From: Octopus vulgaris
Taxonomy: Eukaryota
Direction: 5' to 3'
Assembly (NCBI GenBank): GCA_951406725.2
Contig: OX597832.1
Location: 66,898,001 to 66,962,000, forward strand
DNA: 64,000 bases
Shown here: in pieces, positions 1 through 12,996 of the stretch
Layout: the number at the start of each line of letters is the position of its first letter
Numbering within the stretch: position 1 is the stretch's first letter
Made by a program: the position numbers and the translations under genes
Notes under the pieces: model-generated
The model's database searches: none
Seen by the model: only the letters and a program-made list of their open reading frames with translations
Told to the model about the DNA's origin: nothing

Positions 1-249
1 GCGTTTTAACTGGAAGAAACTAAGAATGAAATGATAAATGTTCAGTTACTTAAGTTAATTAAATTCCTGTTAATTATATAAATTGATTTAAACGGTGGAA
101 CTCGAAGTATATAAAGCTATAAATAATAGCATATAACATATTTGATTTAAAAGCTCAATGAGCAGCCTCATAATTTTTCCCGCTGTTAGATAAAATATTC
201 TACTTTCATTTACTTCGAGTTTCATCGTTAAACGATTAATTTCATAAAC

Positions 250-392
250 GCTGGGCAAAGCATCTTTACGTTCAGTGTTCTAATTTTATCATTTCGGGAT
301 CAATAAATTAAGTACCAGCTGAACACTGGTGTCAACGTAATCGACTTAAAACCGAACTTCCTGGTCATATGATAAAGTTAGAAACCACTATT
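250..392 (+). mobile_element. Degenerate SINE fragment (family B)
   Basis: Contains atcatttcgggatcaataaattaagtaccagctgaacactggtgtcaacgtaatcgactt, matching the central domain of the intact copies at 479-727 and 57684-57918. Confidence 0.6.
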
Positions 393-478
393 TATCGCTT
401 TATTTATTTCTGAGTTGAACCGTTAAAATCATTTTACACGTCTCCCGAAGTTCCTAAAATATATGTACTCACAATATA

Positions 479-727
479 TATTTCTTTACTTTATATTTCT
501 TTACTACCCACAAGGGGCTAAACACAGAAGGGACAAACAAGGACAGACAAAGGGATTAAGTCGATTATATCGACCCCAGTGCGTAACTAGTACTTAATTT
601 ATCGACCCCGAAAGGATGAAAGGTAAAGTCGACCTCGTTGGAATTTGAACTCACAACGTAGCGACAGACGAAATACGGCTACGCATTTCGCCCGGCGTGC
701 TAACGTTTCAGCCAGCTCACCGCCTTA
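479..727 (-). mobile_element. tRNA-derived SINE family B, full length, with 16-bp TSD
   Basis: Minus strand reads ggcggtgagctggctgaaacgttagcacgccggg...gagttcaaattcc (B box)...gtcgactttacctttcatcctttcggggtcgataaattaagtac. The direct repeat atgtactcacaatata lies at 463-478 and 728-743. Confidence 0.92.
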
Positions 728-1119
728 ATGTACTCACAATATAAACTTCATATGAGTAGTATTTTGCTTTTTAAAAATGCATAGAAATATATTCCAAGTC
801 CAAACATAAAATATGAAATCCTTCAGTATAGTATTTGATATTGCCGTAAAGCAGGGCAGCAGTAGATGTTATTTAATACATGGTTGTCAATGTAAACTAT
901 AAACTGAAATACCTCTATCATTAGATGGATTCAAACAGGAACACTTAAATTCTATATCACTACTAGAATAGCATTTTTCATACAAAATCTATGAAATTCA
1001 TACGAATACATAAATACATACAGGCGACAGCTGTGCAACAATAATTAGGTACATTAGGCACTGCTTGGTGGAGTACATACCAATGATGGTAGCTACAATG
1101 AGCAACAAATATTTATCTC

Positions 1120-1343
1120 TTCATTGCCTAAAGGAGGCTAATCATAGCAGGTACAAACAAAGAAAAGCAAAGGGATTAAGTCGATTACGACTCCAGGGCA
1201 TAACAGGTACTTATTTAATCGACCCCGAAAGGATGAAAGGCAAAATCAACCTCGGTGGAATTTGAACACAGAATGTAAAGACAGACGAAATACTGCTAAG
1301 CATTTCACCCAGCGTGCTAACATTTCTGCCTGCTCGTCGCCTT
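1120..1343 (-). mobile_element. SINE family B copy
   Basis: Same head, atcgaccccgaaaggatgaaaggc core and gggattaagtcgatt tail as 479-727. Confidence 0.88.
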
Positions 1344-2108
1344 GAAAGAGCCAAAACTATTGAAATTAAACGGAATCTACTTTGCTCATTTCTGCTAGTA
1401 CCACGAATAGGATGTGGATGATTGCACTCAATGTGGTAGCTTCTCACACTGTTATAGCAACTAAATTTCCTTCAAAACATACCTAACAGTTTTAAGAGAG
1501 TGGGACGGGCATATGACATGACATAAGCTGAAATATACAATGGATAAACGATTTTCTGATATATAAACGAATTAGATTAGCAATGGAAGAGCTTGAGTTT
1601 GCATTATTACTCTAAGATGTCCAGATAAAAGTATTGAATAACTGGATATTGGGAATAATAGATTCTTGTTAGCTGTCTACTTGTTCAGTCAATTTGTTAT
1701 GTGCTATAGATCTAGTTTATCAGGGACAGCTAGAGTTATGCAAGATGTACAATTGTAGCAAGAGCAACGACAACCATGGCAATGACAAAAAACAAAAAAC
1801 AAAACAGCAGTTTTACCAACACCGCCACCACTAACGAAGGACAGTGGAAAACTGATGAATGGTTTGTCGCATCACAATGAAGATTTGAAATCATTCCATG
1901 TCTCTGTATTATTAGTGTATGAAGATCTTTGAGCATTGCCCTAGACAAGTATAGTGCAAGAATAGAAAAGCATTTTTGTGCTATATGTAAAAGACGATAG
2001 TCGCCAGAGGTTAATTGGTCGATTAATAACTCTACGTGGATATAAATTTGTAAAATAAAAGCCAAGTGTAAAATGTTACCCGTATTACGTATATCGACAT
2101 CTCTAATT

Positions 2109-2130
2109 TATGATGATGATGATAATGATT

Positions 2131-2183
<53 letters not shown>

Positions 2184-2282
2184 TAATAATAATAATAATA
2201 ATAATATTAATAATAATAATAATAATAATTAATAATAATAATAATGATAATAATAATAACAATAATAATAATAGTAATAATA
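2109..2282. repeat. (TGA)n/(TAA)n microsatellite
   Basis: Directly visible trinucleotide tract. Confidence 0.95.
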
Positions 2283-3035
2283 CAGCACATGCACTCTAAT
2301 ATGAGAAATATATAGACACATGGGGAAAGTTTCAGTTTCACATTTCCATATTCGTAATAATTTGGTCTGGAGAAAGTAGCTATGCTGGTGGTATTGGCAG
2401 GCCCCTCGAGGGGAGTCAGATCAATGTGGTTAATCTTATTCATGAATGACTGCAATTTGATGAGTGAAGTCAGCGAAATATTATTTACAGCTAAAGGAAA
2501 AGAACAAATGAAAGAGAAATCTGATGGGATTTCATTAAATCGGCCATTCTTCTCATCTTTCTATGATGTATATTAGTATATCCGTTGTATTAACAGTACA
2601 AAATGGCTCTGGTTATCAACAACGATTCGTTTGATAAACCATAATGTGACGAGAAATGTTCATTCTGCAATTTGGCGTAATATTTCTTACAAACCAGATG
2701 CAATATACAAAATATGAATTATGCAGTGTAGATTGTGTCAGATGGTGTAGCATCAAGTGGTCAAAGAAAAATGAATGTATAGCTATTCGGAGCAGGCATG
2801 GCTTTCTGGAGGAAACGGAGGGCAACGAAGCATGTGGTTTCGATATACGCTAGGCAACGGTGAAGCTGGAGTTAGTATCATTAAATTAAAGTGCAATCAT
2901 TGCATGCTTTCCGCTGCGCAACAAAAACTATGTAGGTGAAATTAGAAGACAGAAAAGGGGAGATTTAAAATTTCTCATGCATGTGTGTGTTTATGTGTCT
3001 CTATGTCTGTCTGACTCTCTCTTACTCTCTTTCTC

Positions 3036-3115
<80 letters not shown>

Positions 3116-3145
3116 CATATATATATATGTATATATATAAATATA

Positions 3146-3196
<51 letters not shown>

Positions 3197-3222
3197 GTAT
3201 ATATATATACATACACACACAA

Positions 3223-3290
<68 letters not shown>
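3036..3290. repeat. (TA)n/(CA)n compound microsatellite
   Basis: Directly visible; it is the source of the YIYI/HTHT pseudo-ORFs. Dozens of similar tracts occur across the window. Confidence 0.97.
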
Positions 3291-3295
3291 GATAG

Positions 3296-3506
3296 TCTTT
3301 TGTAATATAAGCACAAGACCTGATATATTAGGGACGGGACTAGTCGATTACACCGACGCCGGTGTTTCAGTTGTACCTAGTTTAATCCCGAAAGGATAAA
3401 AGGTAAAGTCGGCCCCGACGGAATCCTAGGTCCAAACGTAGCGAGGGGTGAAGTATCCGCCAATAATTTTGTTCATCGTGCAAACGGTTCTGCCAGCTCG
3501 CCGCCT
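3296..3506 (-). mobile_element. SINE family B copy (alternative gcacaagacc tail)
   Basis: Ends ttctgccagctcgccgcc, with core cccgaaaggataaaaggtaaagtcgg. Confidence 0.8.
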
Positions 3507-3536
3507 CAGTGTATACCAATGCTGCTGCTGCTGCTG

Positions 3537-3588
<52 letters not shown>

Positions 3589-3905
3589 GGATGATGATGA
3601 TGAAGATCATGATCATGATCATCATCATCATGATAATATACTTATATATATATTTAATCGCAATCAATTACGTTACGCCGCTAAGTGAGAGAGATTGGTG
3701 CATTGGTTGTTATCAATTTGATAAATGCCGATTCAGGAAGCCCTCGTAAATAGGATTGAGTTGCAACTGCCGGCAATTCAATATACATATATACTCTCTT
3801 GTGTTTTATAATCCTGTTAGTACTACCGAACATATCTGTCTACCGATCTCTCTCTCTATATATATACAACACACACACACACTTATATATGTATGTAAAT
3901 ATATG

Positions 3906-3983
<78 letters not shown>

Positions 3984-3990
3984 TATACAT

Positions 3991-4035
<45 letters not shown>

Positions 4036-4109
4036 CATGTATGTATTTTAAATGTGTGTGTATATGATTCTATATATGATTTTAGCCAATATTAAAATGA
4101 GAATTGTGT

Positions 4110-4294
4110 ACTTTCATTTTTTAATATGTTTGAGGTATTAGTCTGTGGCCAGCTTTGTACAATGTTAGTCGAGTATATTGACCATAGTAGTTACATTGTT
4201 AAAGCCCGGTACCAAATGTATACAAGGTTTTTGCCGAACCGCTAAGTTACGAGTTGTCAAGGGGTGAGGCGAGGGACACAGATAAATGCACGCG

Positions 4295-4330
<36 letters not shown>

Positions 4331-4535
4331 TACATATACATAAACTTTTTATAAAAGAATATATATATATATATATACATTTATAATGCATGTTCCGTAT
4401 ACCGAGTCCACCCACAGGGTTTTGGCTAGCCCTGGCCTACAGCAGCAAAGAATTTCCTTAGTTGCCAGGCAAGGGGACCTAAAATCCGAACCTTGTGGCT
4501 AGAAAGCAAGAGTATTGCGACACAGCAACGTCTGC
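4110..4535 (-). mobile_element. SINE family A, degenerate
   Basis: ttttgccgaaccgctaagttacg and ccacccacagggttttggctagccc match the reverse complement of the copy at 7037-7450. Confidence 0.75.
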
Positions 4536-4899
4536 AATTATATCAACACTATCCAATATATAAGATTCAAAACAAAAGAAGCCGTGCCGTTTCAATTCCA
4601 TATTCGAATTATAATTAATTTCTGAGGAATTTCTTTCTTATTCCATTATTTCTATTTCGAGATATATTTTGAATATATGTGAAATATATTACAAGATAGA
4701 CGCAAATCCACAGACGTGCATTCATACGGTTTTATATAGGTGTATGTACGTGTGTATGTGTGTGCATTTGTATGTGTATATATATGTGTATATATATATG
4801 AGGAGAGGGAGAGAGAGAAAAAGATAGATAGATAGAGAAACAGACGGATAGGCAGACAGACAAATAGATAGATAGATACATAGATATATACATAGATAG

Positions 4900-5465
4900 A
4901 TATTGTTATGGTTTTACTGTACGGAAAACAAAAGCAAAAATAGATGCAGGAACATCAATCAAGGTTAGTGATTTTATGCTAGGGAAGAACGGAAATATCT
5001 TTGACGTTTCGAGTCTACGCTTTTCAACGTTAAGAGAAGACGGAAAAAGATGTTGGGAGAGAGAGAAAGGAACTGAAACACAAAAATATGTCGATAGAGG
5101 CCGAGTGAAGGGGAAGTTAGAGAGACCCGGCTGAACTGGGGTGCGTCTGTGGGTATGTGAGGTTGAGGTGTGTATATATGTATTTGTGAATGGATGTTTA
5201 TACCTGTGTATATGTGTGGGGACGAGTTTGAAATTATGTGTGCATGTGTATGCTTATGGGAGCGTGTACGTGAGCTTCTGGTGAGCGTGTGTGCTAGTTT
5301 ATGGGTGCGTGTGTGTATATCTATATAACTAAACCAGTGCGAGCGTTGTGTAGAATGATATGAGTTCTGTGTAAATATATTTGTATGTGAGGACGTATGT
5401 ATATATGGGGGAGTGTGAAGGGTTGTGTGTAGCTTGTGAGATTATCGCGTGTGTTTTTGTGTGTG

Positions 5466-5496
<31 letters not shown>

Positions 5497-6045
5497 TTGT
5501 GTGTGTGTGTATGTGTTTAAACGTTTGTGTATCAACCAATGTATGCTTGTGCGCGTAGTATGTGGAAATGTTTGTTCATACAGTTCGGGTTTATCCCTTA
5601 AGTATTTTGTGTGTGAGACCCTATGGGGTTCGACTGTTTAGTATGTGAATATATACCCGAAAACTGTTTGTGCTTCTGCGTGTTGTGTGTTTGTGTATTT
5701 TCATGTATTAGTATTTTGTGTTGTATGGAAATGTATGGAAGTTCGAGATAGGAGTGTGGTGGCTGGATTAAGAGACTGGAAGGTTTTGGGTGCTCGTGTG
5801 TATCTAGTGGGAAAAAGTATGAGCCCGTGTATGTGTGAGTGTGTTTCCATGGTTGTGTATGTAGGGAGGGTACTGAATTAGGTGGTGTAAAGTTATGGGG
5901 TTGATGAGTTGAAGGTGATGGGTGCCTGTGAATGTATGTATGGTTGGAAGAGTGGGGACGAATTGAGAACACTGCAAAGAGAGGAAGAGTGAAAATCAAG
6001 TTCCCATGATTTCAGGTAAGCTCCGCGAAATGACAGTCCGAGCAT
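4900..6045 (-). mobile_element. Penelope-like element 3' remnant with hammerhead-like motif
   Basis: HHR-like motif at 4999-5034, homologous to 40129-40164. The minus strand near 5955-6040 resembles a decayed GIY-YIG C-terminus (frameshifted EL/IFTL...LN). Confidence 0.45.
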
Positions 6046-6074
6046 ACGTACATATATAAGTATATATTTACATA

Positions 6075-6425
6075 TTTTATTCCTTTTACTTATTCCAGTC
6101 ATTTTATTTCAGACATGGTGGAGGACCGCCTTAAAATTTTTATTTCAGTTGAAGAAATCGTACCCGGGACCTATACTTTGTCAGCCTAGAACATATTCTA
6201 TTGGTCTCTTTAGCTAAGTTACGGGGATCTAAACGTTCCTACATTGATTGTGAAGGGAATGTGAGGGTGAAAAATACAGACACAAAGATAAACACACAGA
6301 AATAATTACTGCCTACCAAATCCACTCACAAGGATTTGGTCGGCACCAGACTATAATAGAACATGCCTGGGACCATATGCTTGGGAATCAAGCTTCTTAC
6401 CGTACAGACAGCGACACCCGTTCCT
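6075..6425 (-). mobile_element. SINE family A, degenerate with internal deletions
   Basis: ctaccaaatccactcacaagg, gctaagttacggggat and gaggaccgcc match family A. Confidence 0.8.
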
Positions 6426-6458
6426 ATACATACATGTATATATATATGTATATATATA

Positions 6459-6863
6459 TATACATAAATTATTAGAGAGTTATCCACTATGTGGATAACT
6501 CTAGTGCTAAAAATAGCTCCGAAGCAACCACAGAATATCTGTTTCCAACTAGAATCAACACACATAACTAAAAATGTAATTGGTTGGACCGCTCGTGTTT
6601 TTGACGTTCGAATCGATCTAATTAATTGCATTTCTGACAAACTCTACCGAAGATTTATAGATGTAAGTGTAAGTAAAACTACATATTACATTAGTAATGA
6701 AACAATTGTATAGAGTCAATCTATTTTATTCGTTGTATTTCACTTTCCTTCCGTTAAATGTATGTTGATTCTAGTTGGAAACAGATATTCTGTGGTTGCT
6801 TCGGAGCTATTTTAGCACTAGAGTTATCCACATAGTGGATAACTCTCTAATAATTTATGTATA
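6459..6863. mobile_element. Foldback/MITE-like element with ~100-bp near-perfect inverted repeats
   Basis: 6459-6560 is the reverse complement of 6763-6863 (one 1-bp indel seen), with TA at both outer ends. Confidence 0.75.
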
Positions 6864-6957
6864 AATTTGTATTTTCTCCGTAGTTTTTTGTGCTAAGCCA
6901 CTTGGTGTTAAATTAATGGTATTATTAAATTAATATCGATTTTTCACCCTCATTTAT

Positions 6958-7036
<79 letters not shown>

Positions 7037-7038
<2 letters not shown>

Positions 7039-7450
7039 CGCAGGAGTGGCTGTGTGGTAGGTAGCTTGCTAACCAGCCACATGGTTCCGGATTCAGTCCC
7101 ACTGCGTGGCACCTTGGGTAAGTGTCTTCTGCTATAGCCTCGGCCGACCGAAGCCTTGTGAGTGGGTTTGGTAGACGGAAACTGAAAGAAGCCTGTCGTA
7201 TATATGTACGTATATATATGTATGTGTGTGTGTTTGTGTGTCTGTGTTTGTCCCCCTAGCATTGCTTGACAACCGATGCTGGTGTGTTTATGTCCCCGGT
7301 ATTTAGCGGTTCGGCAAAAGAGACCGATAGAATAAGTACTGGGCTTACAAAGAATAAGTCCCGGGGTCGAGTGTTGCTCGACTAAAGGCGGTGCTCCATC
7401 ATGGCCGCAGTCAAATGACTGAAACAAGTAAAAGAGTAATAGAGTAAGAG
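7037..7450 (+). mobile_element. tRNA-derived SINE family A, full length, with internal (TA)/(TG) microsatellite
   Basis: Head ggcgcaggagtggctgtgtggtag (A box)...ggattcagtccc (B box), CORE-like ggcaccttgggtaagtgtctt, and tail ggcggtgctcca...tgactgaaacaagtaaaagagtaa. Inserted in (TA)n. Confidence 0.92.
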
Positions 7451-8034
7451 TATATATATATATATATGTGTGTGTGCGTGTGTGTGTGTGTTTGTGTGTG
7501 TGTGTGTATGTATGTATATTCATACATTAGTCAATTAGAATATATTTTAACCACTTAAAGGGATAATTACATCCAAGAAAACTCTTGTTGTACACCTTAC
7601 GTCTTTGGGAAATAAACATAATGGGATGAAGAGATAGGGCAAGATGTAGTTTTTTTAAGGGAAATATTTCCCCTGAATATATTTTGCTCATAAATTATAA
7701 ATGCAATTTTAACGAATAAATTTGTAATTTCTTCAATGAGTATAAATGGAGACAGCTGTAGGAACAATTAAATGATAAATAGATATTAACCACTAACACT
7801 CTATTTTCTTCTCTTAACTATATACATATGCATATGTGTGTGTGATTGTATACATGTATGTGTGTGTAAGTATGTATGTTTGTATTATACGCACACACAC
7901 ATATATATAATAACATATCAGAAATTTGATCAAGTTCGCGTTATTATTTTTTGTATCGGTATAACAAAGACATTTATACTGACAAACATTCCCATATATA
8001 TATATTAGTAATATTCGAATATAGATCTAAAGTA

Positions 8035-8258
8035 GTGAAATGGCTGAATCGTTAGCGCGCCGGCCAAGATCTTTCGCGGCATTTTCTCCGCGAAACTTTT
8101 TGTCCGTTTTCGTGCTCTGAGTTCATATTCCGCCGACGTCGATGTTGCCTTTCGAGGTCGATAGAATAAGCAACAGTTGAACAATGCAGCCGGCGTAATA
8201 GACTTAGCCCATTCCTAGAATTTGCTACTGGCCATGTGCAGAAATTTGAGATCAATAT
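8035..8258 (+). mobile_element. SINE family B, degenerate
   Basis: gaatcgttagcgcgccggcc...ctgagttcatattccgccgacgtcga...gaggtcgatagaataag. Confidence 0.75.
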
Positions 8259-8489
8259 CAGAATGTAAATTACGTGTGTGTCTGTGTATATATGTGTGAG
8301 TGTGTGTGTGTATATATCGTAGTATTAAGTCGCCTATGCTTGGTGCCGCTGACATCCGAATCTCTAAATCTCCTCTTCAAATAGACATTATCGGGATAAC
8401 CCATTCTGCAAACTGTACACACGCATAAAACGTACACATACACAGAGAAAATCTACCTTTATTCCGCTTTCAATATATATATGTTTACA

Positions 8490-8545
<56 letters not shown>

Positions 8546-9078
8546 CACATAGAGACACAAACACCCATATATATATGCACACATGCAAAATTGTATATAC
8601 ACACTCGAGCGCATATATTCGTGATACATTCAATAACGGATGCTGAATACGAACAACGATTGCAATAAATTTTGACCAAAACAATTGCTGCTAAAATAGA
8701 TAAGATGTTCAATTGATATTTTAGGCGCTAGTTGTGTTGCCATACTGCTCTTTATGTCCCTGTGTGTTAAACATGATATAGAATAATTTTTGTGGGGATA
8801 AAGAACACTTCTTTCCATCGCTGGTGCAAATGCTGTCTTTATTACGTCTGACAGATACCAAATTGTTTTACATTTTTTTTTCAAACCGTGGCAGAATATT
8901 TATTGTCTTTAAAAAGAAAACATAGAAAATGTAAAGGTCTGAATAAATAAGAAAGAATAGAAAACATGCTCATATACCGCTGTCTCGCCAGCATATTTTG
9001 AATGAAATATATATTATTTTCTTTATTTTCTCCTTTTCATGTTGCGCTATAGGGGGAAAGTTTTGAGAAAACATATTG

Positions 9079-9142
9079 AAAATAAGATATCTTAGTTCTA
9101 CATTATTATTAAAATAAGATATCTTTGTTCTACATTATTATT
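9079..9142. repeat. 32-bp tandem duplication
   Basis: aaaataagatatctt(a/t)gttctacattattatt occurs twice in tandem. Confidence 0.9.
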
Positions 9143-9754
9143 AATATACTTTATGTTCAGTGAGTAACAGTTGTTATTACATCGTCATTACATCAAGTTT
9201 GTCGCTTTAATTAACAGAACTGCTCACAAGCCTCTCGTATGTTAAAAATTTTCGTTGAATTAGTAGCGAATAATTCTTTACTACTAATCCCATTAATGAA
9301 AGAAAATAATCATGAAAATTATTCAATTAATCATTTAATTAAATGAAAGATAACCGTGCTAAATAAAGGCGGGCTGACCGCGGCTTCTTCACAGTTGATT
9401 TCGAGTGGAAGCATACAAACGATATTTGACAACGATACTCACCCATTCATCTACTGAACTTTGATTTAACTCATAAGCTCTTGTTTCAGTTTGTTGGTAT
9501 ATATTGTTATGCCAATAAATATAATTGCAATAGAAGCTAGCACGTTTTGTTTTCGTTTACAGATCCTAGTTACACCATATCAGATTCATAATGCATATTA
9601 CTAATTCGTGCTCGGCAAATATAGCTTCATACATCACAGCCTCCATCGCACGATTCAGTTTGTCAAACTACATCGACTTTCGCCCATGCCGGTGCTATTC
9701 GTGACTTTAGTGTACAAAAAGAAACTGTAGAATTAATTACGCTTTAGTTGACAG

Positions 9755-9839
<85 letters not shown>

Positions 9840-9958
9840 AGACAGTCTGAGAGTGAGTGAGAGTTTTAAATTCTTTATTGCCAATCAGAGGCTAAAACAT
9901 AGGGGGACAATACAAATAAACGGCAGGTGGGGTTACGGTATGATTACAACTTAAAAAT

Positions 9959-10385
9959 CTTTTATACTCTTGGCACAACGCCCGAAATATTGGAGGAGGG
10001 AGCCAATCGGATCGACCACAGTACGAAACTAGTACTTAATTTATCAAACTCGAAAGGATGAAAGACTAAGTCAACTTCGGCGGAATTTGAACTCAGAACG
10101 TAAAGACAGAAGAAATACCGCAAACCATTGTGCCCGGCATGCTTACGGTTCTTATTTCTTTATCGCCCACAAGGGGCTAAACATCGAGGGGACAAACAAG
10201 GAAAGACAAAGGGATTAAGTCGATTACATCGACACCAGTGCGTAACTGGTACTTGATTTATCGACCCCGAAATGATGAAAGGTAAAGTCGACCTCGGCGG
10301 AATTTGAACTCATAACGTAGCGGCAGACGATATACCACTAAGCATTTCACCCAGCGTGCTAACATTTCCGCCAGCTCGCCGCCTT
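9959..10385 (-). mobile_element. Two nested/tandem SINE family B copies with different tails
   Basis: Copy 9959-10151 has the ggcacaacgcccgaaat tail and copy 10152-10384 has the cccacaaggggctaaac tail. The pair is flanked by the imperfect TSD attacaacttaaaaa / attgcaacttataaa. Confidence 0.88.
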
Positions 10386-10895
10386 ATTGCAACTTATAAA
10401 TGAAATATAAGAAATCCCACCCCCTCCACAAAAAAAAAATTAATAACATGAATGAAATGGGACAATACGATGGAGTGGGAACCGGATTCAGCTTGGAACC
10501 TGCGAGTCCCGGTCCACCACTTAAGCCTTGCCTTACTAGAGAGAGAAGGGGGGAGAGAGAGGGAGTGGTGGTAAACATCTACTAAATTTTAATTACATTA
10601 AAACGTGCGGCATTTCCGACAATTTTACTTTAAGAAGAGTCTACAAATGGAACAACCTCATTAATCGAAGCATCAAAACGGTAGCTAAAATATAGCCTTT
10701 TAAGTTTCATCAACAATATTTAAAATCAATCAGCACCATGGGAATAATTAAGGAAATGTTAGCATGGGTACTAAACCAGTATCCCGTTCTACTTAGATAC
10801 CACAATCAAAAACTTGAGTTCAAATTCCTATGGTACGAATTGGTATTTAATTGAAACCTAGATTTAACACAGATACAACAAAGGTACACACACAT

Positions 10896-10938
<43 letters not shown>

Positions 10939-11031
10939 TACATACGTATATATGCGTGAGAGAATGAGTGAGAGAATGTGTATAATTATGTGTGTGTAAG
11001 TGTTAAGTATGTATATATGTATATGTATATG

Positions 11032-11130
<99 letters not shown>

Positions 11131-11746
11131 CTATATCTATGCATGCACGCATACATACATACTTAGATGGAAGTTTGTAATTGCTCATATCTTACCCTGT
11201 CCGAATCTCCAAATAATCTTACAGTTCGTCAACTTAAACGAGTTATATAATAATTATTTCATGGTTTGTAAATTTGAGGGCAGGGAGCAGGCTTATATTA
11301 CCGCCATCGAAGGCAAGAAAGGCAAAGTGGAACTCGGAGGAATTTTAAATCAGATTATAAAGAGCCGCAAGAAATGCTACTTAGCATTTGGTCAGACATG
11401 TTCACGATTCTGCAAGCGCGACACTTTAAATATGTCCCGAATGACAAAAATACATACTGGTATCTATATGCATATATGCAGTTGTGTGAAGGAGAGGGGA
11501 AGTGAGAGAGAGAGAGAGAGAGAGAGAGAAGGATACTGAATATCCTTACACGTCTTTAATTTGAAATATATACACAATGTCAAACATCATTTCAAGAATG
11601 AGTTGTACCCAGAATAGCAAAACTAATATGTGTATGCGTTTATGTACGTATACCTCTGTGTGTATCTCTATCTCTCTATTTTTCTGTCTATCTGTTTATC
11701 TGTTTGTCTGTCTATCAGTCTATCTATCTATATATCTAGCATTTTA

Positions 11747-12750
<1,004 letters not shown>

Positions 12751-12945
12751 TTTATATATATATATATATATATATACCTGTCTCTCTATACATACCCGTA
12801 TACATATGTTTATCTATTTAGATAAATATAGATTGATAGATTTATAAAGACAGACAGGCAGACAGACATATAGATAAAGAGATAGCGAGATAGCCATATA
12901 GAGAGAGAGAAGGATAGATAGACAGCTAGCTAGATAGATAGATAT

Positions 12946-12996
<51 letters not shown>

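Noticed and set aside
1065-1447. ORFs containing YLIDPERMKGK and similar peptides (also 57769-58071, 6954-7523)
   Set aside because: They are read-through of non-coding SINE sequence.
6476-6502. Inverted TTATCCAC(A) motifs matching bacterial DnaA boxes
   Set aside because: The context is a eukaryotic repeat with no bacterial genes or oriC features; the match is a coincidence within a palindrome.
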